64,000 nucleotides of DNA, taken from the NCBI GenBank assembly GCA_036172245.1, contig JAYWIR010000003.1:3720001-3784000 (forward strand), read 5' to 3'. The first letter of the stretch is position 1; each line of letters opens with the position of its first letter. Shown here in pieces: positions 37,377-49,600 of this stretch. This DNA is from Raillietiella orientalis. Lineage: Eukaryota. The notes under the pieces were generated by a model. It had not been told where the DNA came from. It searched no databases and worked only from the letters and a program-made list of their open reading frames with translations. A program made the position numbers and the translations under genes.

Positions 37377-38767
37377 AGAAACCATCGCTTTTACCCTCTC
37401 CCGAGTAAGGAGAAAAGCTGCAGCAGATGTTAAGCAGAGAGAGTGAGCGCGGAATATTACTGGGAAGGCATTCAAACAACCTATAATGATCACATCCTCA
37501 CCATTTTCCAGGAAAAGTTTTCATCTCAGTCCAAATTGTTCTTTCCAGATTAAAAGATTTAACATTCATAATTTGTAGCTACTTAATACCAACGGAAACG
37601 TGTGCCTCCGTGGAGACGCCACCTTGCTACTGGCTGGCCAACAATGCCAGAGCCTATGCGGAGGGCTTGATTCTCCACGTGAAAGGCGACTTTTCACAGC
37701 GACATTTGCAATTTTCTCAGGGGTGTCAGATTTTTTGCATACCTCACGCTTCAAATCGATCCGTTGCAAAAATACTCGCTTCCTGGAGCATGACGTCCGA
37801 TTCGTCAGGTAGCACTTCTTTGCTGATGAGAAACTCCATTCATAATTTGGCCTGAAATCATATTTCTGTTTTCTAAAATAACTGCGTATTTGCAGTTGCA
37901 TTAAAAAATTGGACGCGATTTTGTAAATTATTTAGAAACTCGGAAATCTGACAGGCAATATTTTTGCGCAGAAGCATCTAGATGTATTAAGCTGTCACAA
38001 GCACGTTTTTTAAAGGAAAAAATGGAAGGGACACAAGAGCCTCAGGAATTGATAACGTCCTAATGAATCTCTATGATGTATACCAGTATGCAACACATTT
38101 TCCCATTTCACCCGAAATAGGAATTTGATAATGCACATTCGAAATACAAATCTTTAAAACAAGGTATTCGGAGTCATCTTGCACAACATCCTCACGATGC
38201 GTTTTCTTGCTCGGTTTTCCATCTGCAAGGTTTCTATCCACATTTTTCTCTCGATTCGGAAAACGATGATGGCATTTTTTTTCTCGTATAATCCGATCTC
38301 CCTTCTTGCTTGAGCTCATCTAGAGTGCACCGGGATAGAGTAAAATTTGAAGTTACGATGAAAATAGCAAACGCTGGTTATACGATACTCATAGCTCAAA
38401 TTTATGCACGTAAAAAGCATTAAAATTGTGTGCTTGTGAGATTCAGGTAAGGAATAAAATATCTTTAAAGGATAATATAAGGGCATATATTGTGCAAAAA
38501 GTTTCGCTTAAAGCATAAATTTTATTTAAGGTTTGCGTCGGGGACACATGTTTCCGGTAGTATTAAGTAGCAACAAATTATGAATGTTAAGGCATTTTAT
38601 GCGGAATTCGGACTAAGAGATAGAAACTTTACCATGGAAAGGGATGAGGATGTGATCACTATAGGCTATTTAGATGTCTTCCCAGTAATTTTCCGCACTC
38701 ATTCTTCCTGCCTAATAGCTGCTGCAGCTTTTATCCTTACTCAGAAATGGGTAAAGCGATAGTTTCT
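37377..38767. repeat. Diverged inverted duplication, about 230-bp arms (37377-37610 and 38539-38767)
   Basis: gtattaagtagc.acaaattatgaatgttaa...tgaggatgtgatca.tatagg...cttcccagtaat.ttccgc.ctca...ctgctgcagctttt.tccttactc is present in opposite orientations. Confidence 0.85.
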
Positions 38768-39094
38768 GGAGAAGCTGTGTTTTATGAATGGATTATTAGC
38801 GTTTCTACTCCTGATTCTAATCACTTCAAAGGACTGGGAAATCTTGGGCTGCAAGATGATGCTTTGCTTCATTTTATAGTCCAACTATAAGCGATGTTGG
38901 CATTTAATGTTCTTCATTATTAGATAGGATTTTAAAATTCTATCTATGCTAACTATGCAGGATACGGAGTTGTGAAAGAAGCATTCCAAGACTAGCCAAG
39001 CACTCATAAAAGCAATACGCAAGCATAAAAGCATCCTTAGAGATGAGCTCAAGCAAGAAGGGAGATCGGATTATACGAGAAAAAAAATGTCATC
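38268..39094. repeat. Near-perfect 54-bp inverted repeat (38268-38321 and 39041-39094)
   Basis: agatgagctcaagcaagaagggagatcggattatacgagaaaaaaaatg(c/t)catc, one mismatch. Confidence 0.92.
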
Positions 39095-40009
39095 TTCCTT
39101 AGAGAATTTGCTTGCATTTTTAATTAAACTCGATTTCGGAAATACGATATTAAATAGCATTGATTAATTTCTTTAAAGTTATGAGTTTCCCGGAACAGCT
39201 GAATAACAGCCTTCAAACTTAGTTTTCTTTGATCTTGCAAAGAATTCTTTCATGTTACTTTACTCTTTTCAATGAGATTTCTTGCATTAATTTATCAAGC
39301 TCATTCCGAACAGTTTCGTCATTCAAGTTCAGTCATAGATGTACTCTCATAATGTTACAGGCAGAGTACTAAAAAAAACTACGGACACTTCAAAGAACTC
39401 ATGGAACTTTGTATTAACAACTAATTAACATTAGGAATATGGTGCATAACAAATCTTTCATGTTCTTATGGTCAATCAGTTCTTAATCAGTAAAACACTG
39501 ATTGGAAAGTTGTTCCGAATCTCTAATTAGGTTTTCGTTAAAATGAATCAAAAAATTAAACAAATGAAGCGAAGAGAAACAGCATCCACGTGCTGTTGGA
39601 TTCGCTTTTGACAGCTGAAAGGCATTGGATTTCGTTCACATGAATATGTCACTTGTCCTGACTTTCATGGTATTCATGTTTTGGCGAATTTCGTCTCTTG
39701 TGAATTCTTCTGTTCTGTCCAAATTATTCCCAACTGTCAAAACTAATTCTGAAACACAGAGCGTTTCTATTCACAAAATTCATAACTGCCCTGACCTTTT
39801 TACTGGTTCTCGTGGAATGTGCACGTCAGTGACTGAGTTGAAGCAAACATTTGGCTGCAACAAGTACTTCATCTTTCACGAAGGACTCACTAGTCATGAG
39901 TTCTTTCAAGTTAAAAGTGTTTTATCTTTTGCTTTTACTAACTTTAATCCTAGGTGTTTATTTGGTCTTTACATTATTCTTTCATATTTTTGCTGCGACT
40001 AAAGCACCT

Positions 40010-40680
40010 GTAGAAATTGCGAAGCAAACTTCTGGATTTACGAGAGTGTTCTGAAGAGTTCGGAAACACTGGACAGAATAGAAAATTAAATATCAATCAT
40101 TCAAACCATTACTCAATCAGCCATCTCTTTAAGGCTCCAGAAAAAATCGTGGAGAAACGTGGATAAAAAAAACAATAGGGAGCATATCAAGTCTGAAGAT
40201 ATTGACAAGACCATACGAAATTGGTTTTCTCAGGCTCTTGGAAAAGTCCAATCAATGGGCCATTCCTGATGGAGAAACAAAGGCCTTTATTCAGTAATGG
40301 AGAGCAGCTACTGGCAAACTTCAGGAACATTATTATTCGTGTTTTGCGATTTTCTAAATACATCCCAAGACCACACTCCAAAAAGTGCCCGAAGACTAGC
40401 AGTTTCAAAATCCGCACTCATGCAGACAGAGCCTGGAATAAACTAACACAAATTGAAGTTTTCATTTGCCACGATGAGGTGAGCTTCGTAGTGCGTTCAA
40501 AGGGGGGGACAATCAAAATGAGGATTTCAGAGATGAGGAAGTCTTTGGGTCTAATGAGATGATCGTGAAGAACTGAATCTCGTTTCTGCCAAGAAACACC
40601 GAGCGCTGAAATACCGGACAGAAACATCATCGACAGTTTACCACATCTGGTATTCAAGGAAAGTAAAAAAGGAAAGAAAC
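40010..40680 (+). mobile_element. Tigger/pogo-like transposase relic (CENP-B-type HTH)
   Basis: EDIDKTIRNWFSQALGK (about 40195-40245) frameshifted into SPINGPFLMEKQ matches the Tigger/Jerky pattern (E)DxDxAxxxWFxQxRxxxxPIxGPxLxEKA. An acidic segment follows at about 40500-40590. No DDE domain or TIRs were found. Confidence 0.6.
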
Positions 40681-43600
40681 TGCTAGCTGTAATAAGGTAG
40701 ACAACAATATTTGCGATGGCAGAGCAGAGCTTGGATTCGTGAGTAAATTTATGGGTCGGCTCATCCTTTGATGCATTTTGCCGCAGGCAAATTAAAGATC
40801 ATCGAGAGTTTACAAATATGTTTGCAAAATGCAGACAGGACTTTTTTCCCCTGAGGTTCAAACATCTGTGCTTGATTGTAGGAACCTTTGAAAAGTCTGT
40901 TAGTAAGGGGTACTTTTTTCTCTGAGCCCAAACTTTGAGTAACCTATACTTCTTTTGCTTGAGTTCGGCAAATAAACGTGGTTGTTGTCATCTTTAACAG
41001 GAAATTCCCTCTTTTCTATTTTGAATAGCAAAAATAACCTTGTTTTCTAGACCTGGCTACGAATGAAGCCGAGCAGGCACACGTTACGTGGGCATTTCAA
41101 TGTTTTTAATTCTGGATCTCGAATAAAGCAGTAATTCCTAAAACTCGAACATGCATTTCACAAATGAGTGCAGCATCTCTGCTTTTTTTTTTTTTTTTTT
41201 TGTTCCCAGAAAATCTTACGCGTGCATTCATGCTTGCCTACACACATAAGCTGCATTTAGCTACTTCAAAATGCAGTGTCCATGGTACACACGTGCACCG
41301 TGCACAAACATTTCGTACTCTTTGCCTGGCCTGCCCTGCTTGAGAGGGTGGTCAGCTGAAGGCCCCGGTGGCAAGCGGCACGGTCTGGTCGAGGGGTGCG
41401 TTTGCACGCGGCGCATGGCAATTCGGTCGTGCACGGCGGCAGTTGTGATTGATGATTATAGTGGCACAGATAAATAGTCGTTTTAGAAAATTCGTAGTAC
41501 ACTGAAGAGCAAATTATGACCATCGGACTCACGGTAGCTAACTCCTACATTTTAGCTTGCCCCTGTGTTGTTACCCCACTGAATAAGTTTGCACATCAAC
41601 ATCAAGTCTGATCATTTCATAGAGCTTTTTGAGGCATTATTTGTTTGTTTTTTTTTATTTTGTCAGTTTGGACCTCAATAGCCATTTTAGAATTTTAAAA
41701 GTGACAATTTAGAATTCATTCCATTAGTAATCTACATATCCATTTATCTATATATATATATGTGTATTTTTTTTTTTGCAATAAAAGTCTGTCCCTATAT
41801 GGCACAAAAATTGTTTTCATCAGTCATCAGTCCGATTTTATGAATTTGATAGATAAGGTATATTCCCAAGTGAGAAGATTGTTAATTTTTACTTGTGAGT
41901 CTGAATACATGCTCATATAATTATTAGGCACTGATAACTGTAGAAAGATTGCCTAATGTAGACATCACTTAATAGTGCCTCTGTTACAGGACCTAAAAGA
42001 AGTTTTATTTGGAACTTCTTAGGATTCCTTCAAATTGTGTGATTGCATGCTCATAGCAGCATTAGGACAGCAAACTGTATAGTCATGCATACTTGGTTGC
42101 TTGCCATAAAGATGGGCTTTATTTGTTTTGTCACATTTTAACCAAGGAGCTGCATCATTAGACTAAGATTATCTGTATGTAGGAAATGCCACTTTAGCTT
42201 GTCACAGAGCTATCAGTATTTGAGATGTATGCTGCTATTTAGCAGAAGTTGCCATTCATTTCATGATTTGGAATAAAAAATGTGCACAGTTGTCGTTGTA
42301 GAAATTTTTGTAAAAGGCATAGGTAACTTTCACTTCCCCTAAAGAATTTCACTTTTGTGCACCCTAATTTACATTTGTGCAGTCTTAGTGGAGGGATTTG
42401 CGAACTTTTCAGGTATTAATCTGGCATTTGAATTCAAAAATGCAGTGTGTAGGTTTAGTTCAGAGAATTCCCTTATTATTCCAAACTTTTAAATTCTAAA
42501 GAATCTTACAATTCTTTACATTGACATCAGCATCATGGCTCACTGCTTTTCTTGACCAAAGCTTTGAGAAAAATCAAAGGTGGAATTTGAGAAATTGCAT
42601 ACAAACAAAATGTATTTGTAACTCTTCATCTGTTAGTAATTATTCTTACATATGAATTATGCATTTTATTTATTAGTAGTCTATGATGTCCATTGAAATT
42701 ATTGAATTCTGTTGGATGTCACAAATAGTGCTACATTCATGTTAGAACATCATGGCACCATCATGCTACAGCATGACGAAAAATAACTATAAAATGAGAG
42801 TATTTTGCTGCACAAGTTCCATGAAGCATGGGAGTGCAGCATTCAGTTCTTTCAGGGGAATTCTGCTATGCTATGTTATGTTTTTGTGTTTTGTGTGTAG
42901 CCTCATAGGAACAAGTATACAGTGGTAACCTGATGAATGCATCAAAGGCATGATCCATTTATGAACGTAATTTTCAAGTTTTAAAATCTTAATTGTGGTT
43001 TCTATACATCTTCTTTTTCAGTAGTTGTGCCTATGTGTAATATAATAAAAAGAAATTCATAATATCGTCGATTTCATGGTAAAAAATGTTGAGAAAAACG
43101 TCTCTATTAAACATGTCCCTAAAACGATGAGGTAACATGTAAAAAACTGCCTATGAAAATTGATGGTGTATCAGGAAAACTGCAAATATAATTGACAAAT
43201 AGTAAATAAGTCTATGTTCCTGGTGTTAATCACAATCTATAACCTTGAGCTATATAAGTAAATTAATTTGCTGCTTCAAGGGTAGACATTAAATTCATAT
43301 CTGTGTCAAAATAGTCTGCGTGTAGGATCACACAGGATAATTAAAATCAGGAAAAGTTTACAACACTTCTCAACAGAAAACTCCAAAAATATTTCCACAA
43401 TTGGTGTTTTTTCGAAAGTTATCCATCAGATGGCAAGGAAACTCATTGCTGCCTTCGTATCCTGATGTCAACATTGGCTCTTTCCTTTTGAAAAGATGTA
43501 CTTTTCACATATGTGGCACGTAAGCCGATGGGACTCGACAGAAAAAATCATTCCATGTGGAACGAATTCTCAGAAGTGAACCTCCCAAGGAGTAACGTTT

Positions 43601-46600
43601 TGTTTGTGAATGTTTCCATCCACGTATCTCACGTCCAGGGCAAAGAGGGAGTTTGCTCTCTGGGAACGTGGCTTCTTTTGCTTCCTTCCACGTGTTGCAC
43701 CTCCATATGGGACTTATTCGTGTTATCGAGGCCGTACGTGGAATGAAACGGCCGATTTCATGAGGTGAATGCATGCAGGTAGAATTCGAGATTTGTCCCA
43801 TTCCTCAGAGGCGACGAATGAGTGTCGTTCTGTAGCCGAGTAAGGGATTTTCGGAAGTGTGCGTGTCGCAAACGAGGAAAGATTCAATCGGTTGAGTGCA
43901 AAGAGCCCCTTCCGAGAAGGCATCATGTAATTTCCTCGTTTTTTGGAACGGACCACCAACGGTGGCTGGGTCGTCCTTGTTGAAGGCTTGCACCAAATAG
44001 TGGACTGCAGCGGCTGCCTGCTTATTCGGTGGGCGTTTGCGGTGGATCCGTCCACTCGTACTCCGCAGCTCTTCAACGTCTCCTTTTCCCCTGCATTAGC
44101 AAAGAACGCTCCGGTGGTCATCGTGGGACCAGCTGGAACTGTGTACAGCAAACAAGAGTGTACTCTTCATTTCAGTCCCCCTGATTGCGTTGGGAAGGAA
44201 TTCGTGTTGGTTTCCGCGGGCAGCTTGGCGAAGACGCGCACACGCATTCTGCTGAAGGTTAAAATTTGCGTGACTGCTTGACGACTTTTTGGCTTCGGCT
44301 TCCGTGTCGAGACCGCGCCCTTGAGCGATCCTTGGTGAAACCAGCATGTGCTTTGGTACTGGAAGCCCCTGTGGCATTCTTCCAGAAGCGAGAGTTCACG
44401 CAGCACATGAATTTCAAAATCGTACCGCGGGAGGACAGTGTGGAAGCACTCGGATGGAATGGCATGCTTTCTGCTTTTTGACTCGAATGGGCGGTGAGGT
44501 TTCCGAAATTACCGTTCCAGCTTTAGGCGCAAATCCCCTGCGTTACTATGAGGTCGGACCCCCGGGGGTGTTGTGGAAATCTTGAGCTAAGATGAGAGTT
44601 TTTAAGTAAGAGCCATGACGAGATGAGGATTCTCGATTTACGTTTCGTTTGTGGACAAATGTGTTGCTTCAGGAAATTTTGACCTTACGACAGAGATTGC
44701 CAATTTTTAACCATTCCGAAAAATGCCATCAGGAGCTGTCCCTTATGTGGGGGACTCTGGCATCGAACAGGTAATGCTCCCAGCCACGTTTGGATCCCTC
44801 CGCTTCGTGATGTTCGCGACCTATCAATGCCAAGATGAGCATAGAATTTCTATAGCGTAAGCCTGTGTGAATGAAATGAAAATGACATGCGTGCTCTGCC
44901 GTGCAATACATATGGGAACTGTTTTATTAGAAGTGAATGGACGCTTGTAACTGCTCGCCTGGTTCCAAGGAAACAGCAAGAATTTCCTGGACCTTCGTCT
45001 ATCCAGCATCGGAACTGCTGCCATGGGAACACGTTTTGATTGAGAACCGCGAATCGTAAAGCAGTTTTGTTGCTGTCAGCGAGATCGTCTCCTTGTCCTC
45101 CATCTGCCTCGGACTGAGCTGCTTCCCTCCTTGTGAGGCTCGTCGCACACAGCAGCCTCGTATGCGAATTCCATCAACATGCTGTTTATTTTTCGTGTCG
45201 CATCTCCGGCTGTCTCGAAGACTCTCGTTTTCGCAGATTACAGCAACAGATTGTTTTCCCTCTCTGCTTGCAAAATCGCGCTCTTCTTTCCAGCAGCTTC
45301 CCGGCTTCGCTTCTCTCGTCAGGAGGTGCACCTTCCATCGGGAGCCACGCAACACCAGGCGCCATGGCCAGAGCCCAGAGATAAATCAGTGGGCTCCTTG
45401 TCAAACATGAGCAGACGGTGCACGATGAGCTGTCGGTTATTTGTGGGAGGTGTGTCTGTTGTCTCTCTCTCTCTTCTTCTCCAAGTGCCTGTCTATTGCT
45501 TCTCTTAACGCCTTGCCTTCTTCTTTCCTTCCGTCGTCAAACATCGCTTTCTCGTTGTTCCATTCAAACCGCTTGGACCGCTTCATTCGTTTCTGGCAGG
45601 CGAATGAATCGGTTCCGATGACATCGCGACTGCACAAGAGCTGAGGAATGCTGATGTTGGAGCCATCTTCAGCTAACGGGAAACTATGGGCACGTCTATG
45701 CGAGGAGGGGAAAAAATTTGAAAAGAGAGCTCCGTTGGATTGGCACCGCCGTCTGATGATGGCATAGGACGTTCGAAAAGGAGACTGCAAGGAAAAGAAA
45801 GAAAGAAAAAAAACTCTGCATGAAGATGATGTTATCGTATTTCGGCATCTCGGTCGAGGCAGAAAAGAACACTCATGTCCTGATTCCCGTTTTCCTACTT
45901 TACTGGATTTTCTGAGGACATAGCGTTCTACACGCAGTTCATTGAAGAACAGGATGGGAAGAAGACGTACCTCCGTGGTTCTAATCAGATTCGAGGGAAG
46001 ATGCAAACGAGATGCAAACTATTGAACGGGAACGCTTTGCGCTGATCGCTGTTGACCAAATAAATCTATCGCTTTAATACGTCGAATACACGTTCGGTAC
46101 ACTTTGTGCGCTGTACTTTTCGGCGCTCGCATCTCTCTTGATCCGCTCTTCTGAAACGAAGGTGAACATCGAAAAAGTTCGCCGTGCTGCGGGCCTGTGA
46201 ACTGCCAGCTGCCAATCGGATCCAATCGTGATGGGCGAAGCGGTTGGTCTGCTTCGCTCGAGAGGAAGTCATCTGATGATTTTCTCAAAGAAAGCTCAGG
46301 CAGGTGAGTGGATTTTCCCAAGCGCTGCGTTTAAAAGTTTGGCCCTCGCTTTCATCGCAGCTTGAAAGAAGGCTATCAATCAGAACCGTGTCAAAGGTCA
46401 TCCACCCGAAACCATCTCCGAAGCTTCTGCTCCCGGTCTCGTTCTGCCGAGCTCTGCTCGTTCCAAGAGATTAGAAATTCAATTCACTCCTGTAAATACC
46501 TTCTTTCTTTGGCGTATTCAGTCTGCGCGGCGTAATAAAATTTCTCAAGCGCTGGTTGAAATCTTCGTTCTTCCGCCACTCCCTGGCAGCGATTACCCTT

Positions 46601-49600
46601 AATGGTGACAAAGACATCCCCCAAACTACGTGCTCAGCATTTGCTCACGCTCCTACCACACTGGGCTCTTCGTGTTTCACGATATCGATACTGATCTTGG
46701 AACATATCAGCGGAGGAGGGTACGCATTCCAATTTTATATACATGGCCTCCCATTGTGCTCCTGACGGCTGAGAGAAATGGGAGTTGGATTTCGAAGAAC
46801 GCGTTACCGGGGTGCCCTAAATTGATCAAGCACTTTGGTGCTTTCCGTGCGGATTTCGTGGCCTTCAGAAGGACATTCGTGCGTTCCGACAACGGTGTGA
46901 AAGCTGCATCAGGTCATCCCCTTCCCTCGAAGAATTCGGATAAAGCAATGCACACGTCCCGGTAGTGCGTGACGTGCATGTGAGCGCCTTGCGCCAGTGT
47001 CCGGACAGTGCTAATGAAGTGCTCTTCGAAGACTTCGCGAGCGCTGGAGGCATTTCGAAAGCGACGAGCAGGCGATCCTCTTTCCCTCGTGCCCTTCCTT
47101 CTTCGATTACGAAACAGGCAACCAGGAATTCCAACAGCGATGTTTTCGAGAAAACACCTTTCTTGGATGGAGACAAAGGAAAACGGTTGCCCGGTTGTAT
47201 CCAGAAGTTGAAGAACTGGCGCTCCGGGGATCACAAACGTGGGCGCACGATCAAAAGGAAAGAAGAAAAACCGTGGAAGAAGAAAAAAGGGTCGCTTTGC
47301 TCTATTTTGTGATGGCCAAGCAAAGAGCGAATCGCGGTCTCCGGGAGCACAAAGGTACAAGAGCAGGAAGTCGCTGCTTTGCGTCCTTCAACTTGTGCAT
47401 CTCCTTTCCACTGCGCCACTTCAGCTACCTTATCGAGCACAAGAGAGGACTCTTCCCAGCTGCTGTCTCGGAAAGAGGCCGTGCTGCGCGAGCTGGTCAC
47501 CCTGCTTTTCCACGAGTCGTGGGCGCAGCCGAGAAGGCTGTGCCGCCTGTGCCACTGACAGGAACAGTGGCATAGCCGCGACGCGAATGCGAAACCGCGG
47601 GTGCTGCTTCTCCCCTCCTCATTTCGATTCGTCACCAGTCCCAAATCCGGAACTTTGGCCTTTCTTGCGTCCATCCCGCTCTGCAAAGAGGGGAGGGATC
47701 CGCTTGACGACTGCAGCACGCACGGCTCCCGGGAAGCACAACTGATCGCAGAGTTTCGTTCCCATGAAACGGAGTGAGGACGTCGGCGGCCAACTTGTCG
47801 CCTGCGGCGGGGCATTGGGATTCGGCGGAGCGCGCGGTGCGGCCGGCATCCGGCGCTGCTGCCCCGTTGCTATGAGTTGGCAGAAACGATGGGTGGGGTC
47901 TTTGGCACGCTGCCGCGCATTTGCGGTCGAAACTCGCAGGAGTTCTTCGACGAGGGCGGGTCATCCGGAAAGCGAAAGAGTGAGCCGCCGACCTGAATCC
48001 AATCTGCAGGCAGCGGTAGAATTCGCCGCCGCACCGCGCCTGGTTGCAGGAGAGGAAGGAGCATCAGTGAGTTTTGCTAGACCGATGTTTACAAAAACTG
48101 GATGAATCAGACGCCGGCGCTACTCTTGATGGAACCATTCTGTTTTGTAATTTAGAAAAAGTCAACATTCTACGAGAAAGAATGCAGCCAGGAGGCACAA
48201 AATAAACTCAACTGCAGCCGAATGAGGTGTCGCGGCAACTCGTGCACGTGCAGAGAATTTCCGCTTAGTAACCGTCATGTTGCTCCTAAGTAGGCACTTG
48301 GAATAACTATTAGTTTGTTGTGTTACTGCTCTCATAAGCAACAAGACGGAACAAAGTAGATAGGAAATTCATTTCTTAAAACCGCCATGCGGAGCGAATA
48401 CCGGCGAAGGAAGTCATCAAGCAGAAGATGGCAGCCAATTATATCGAAGTTTCCTCCGTGCGTACCGAAATCCAAGTGCCCCTCTTTTCCGAGGTAGGAA
48501 CAGACCTCTGCTTACTTCGTCTCGTCGCTCGGACGGCATCGACAAGCCGCGGAGTATCATCTTTAGGGCTTTCGCTTGACTCTGAGCGCTTGGACATCGG
48601 TCAGGCCGCGCTCTCGTGGCCCTCCTTGGAAGGGGTGGTTCCTTGCGAACACGCGGGTAACTCGTGACGACGACGTCTGCCCTCCGGGGCTCTTTCTCTC
48701 CCGAAGAGTCCGTGGAGGAGTCCGAGGGACGGAACGGACGGAGTTCACTTCGGGCGAAGGACGAAGATCAAAAGTTGGAGACCTTCCGGGTGTGAGAGCG
48801 AGGAAGAGAAACAGAGCCTGAACGTTGGCCGTCCGGGAGGTCTCCTCTTTCGCCGAAAGAAAGGAAGGAGGGAGGAAATCAGGGTGAACCTTCCAAGGAA
48901 AGCACCGCCGGTTCGCACCCTGCCTTCTTCTTTCGCGAGGGGCGTGAAACTCCCCGAGACTCCTTGCGGACAGGGACATGCAGAGGAAGGAAGGGCGGGT
49001 GCTAGCAAGTCCGCGTCCGTCATGGACAGAGTCCTCCCGAATGCTAGCGGCGTGCCGCACGGTCGCCTGACAGTGATCCCAGAGCATGGCAGAACGCCCT
49101 GCCCTCAAACGGGACAGCCTTCCCCTCATGCGAGCCTACGTCGCCTGGAGAAACTTCCTGCCGGAGGGGCTGTCCGTGTTCGTCCATGCTGCCCCACGAC
49201 TCGGCGAATTTCTACCGTCATTTGCCCCCCTCCTTCCACTTTCAAATTTTGGCAGCCACGCAGTTCAGGAGGACCGCCCACGTGCATTGTACTTGAGAGG
49301 CGACTTTGAATGGGCCGGAGGCAAGCATCGTCTCTGGATCTGTGGGAAGCAGGGACGACGGGCAACGGCAAGCGGAGCGGCAGGCCTCGCGTCACTCGAA
49401 TGCGGCGTGGAGGAAGGTCGATCTCGAGGTCACAGTCGTACTCCACCCTAAGACCTTCTGGGGACACTTGGGGAGGCACTTCAGTCGGAGAGGAGGGGGG
49501 GGCGTCGATGCGATGGACACAGGGTCGCTTCCTAGTTCTCAAGAGAGGAGGTGCCTGGCGTCGCCAGCCTGAGCTCCGCGCGGGGGGGGGGTCACTATGT

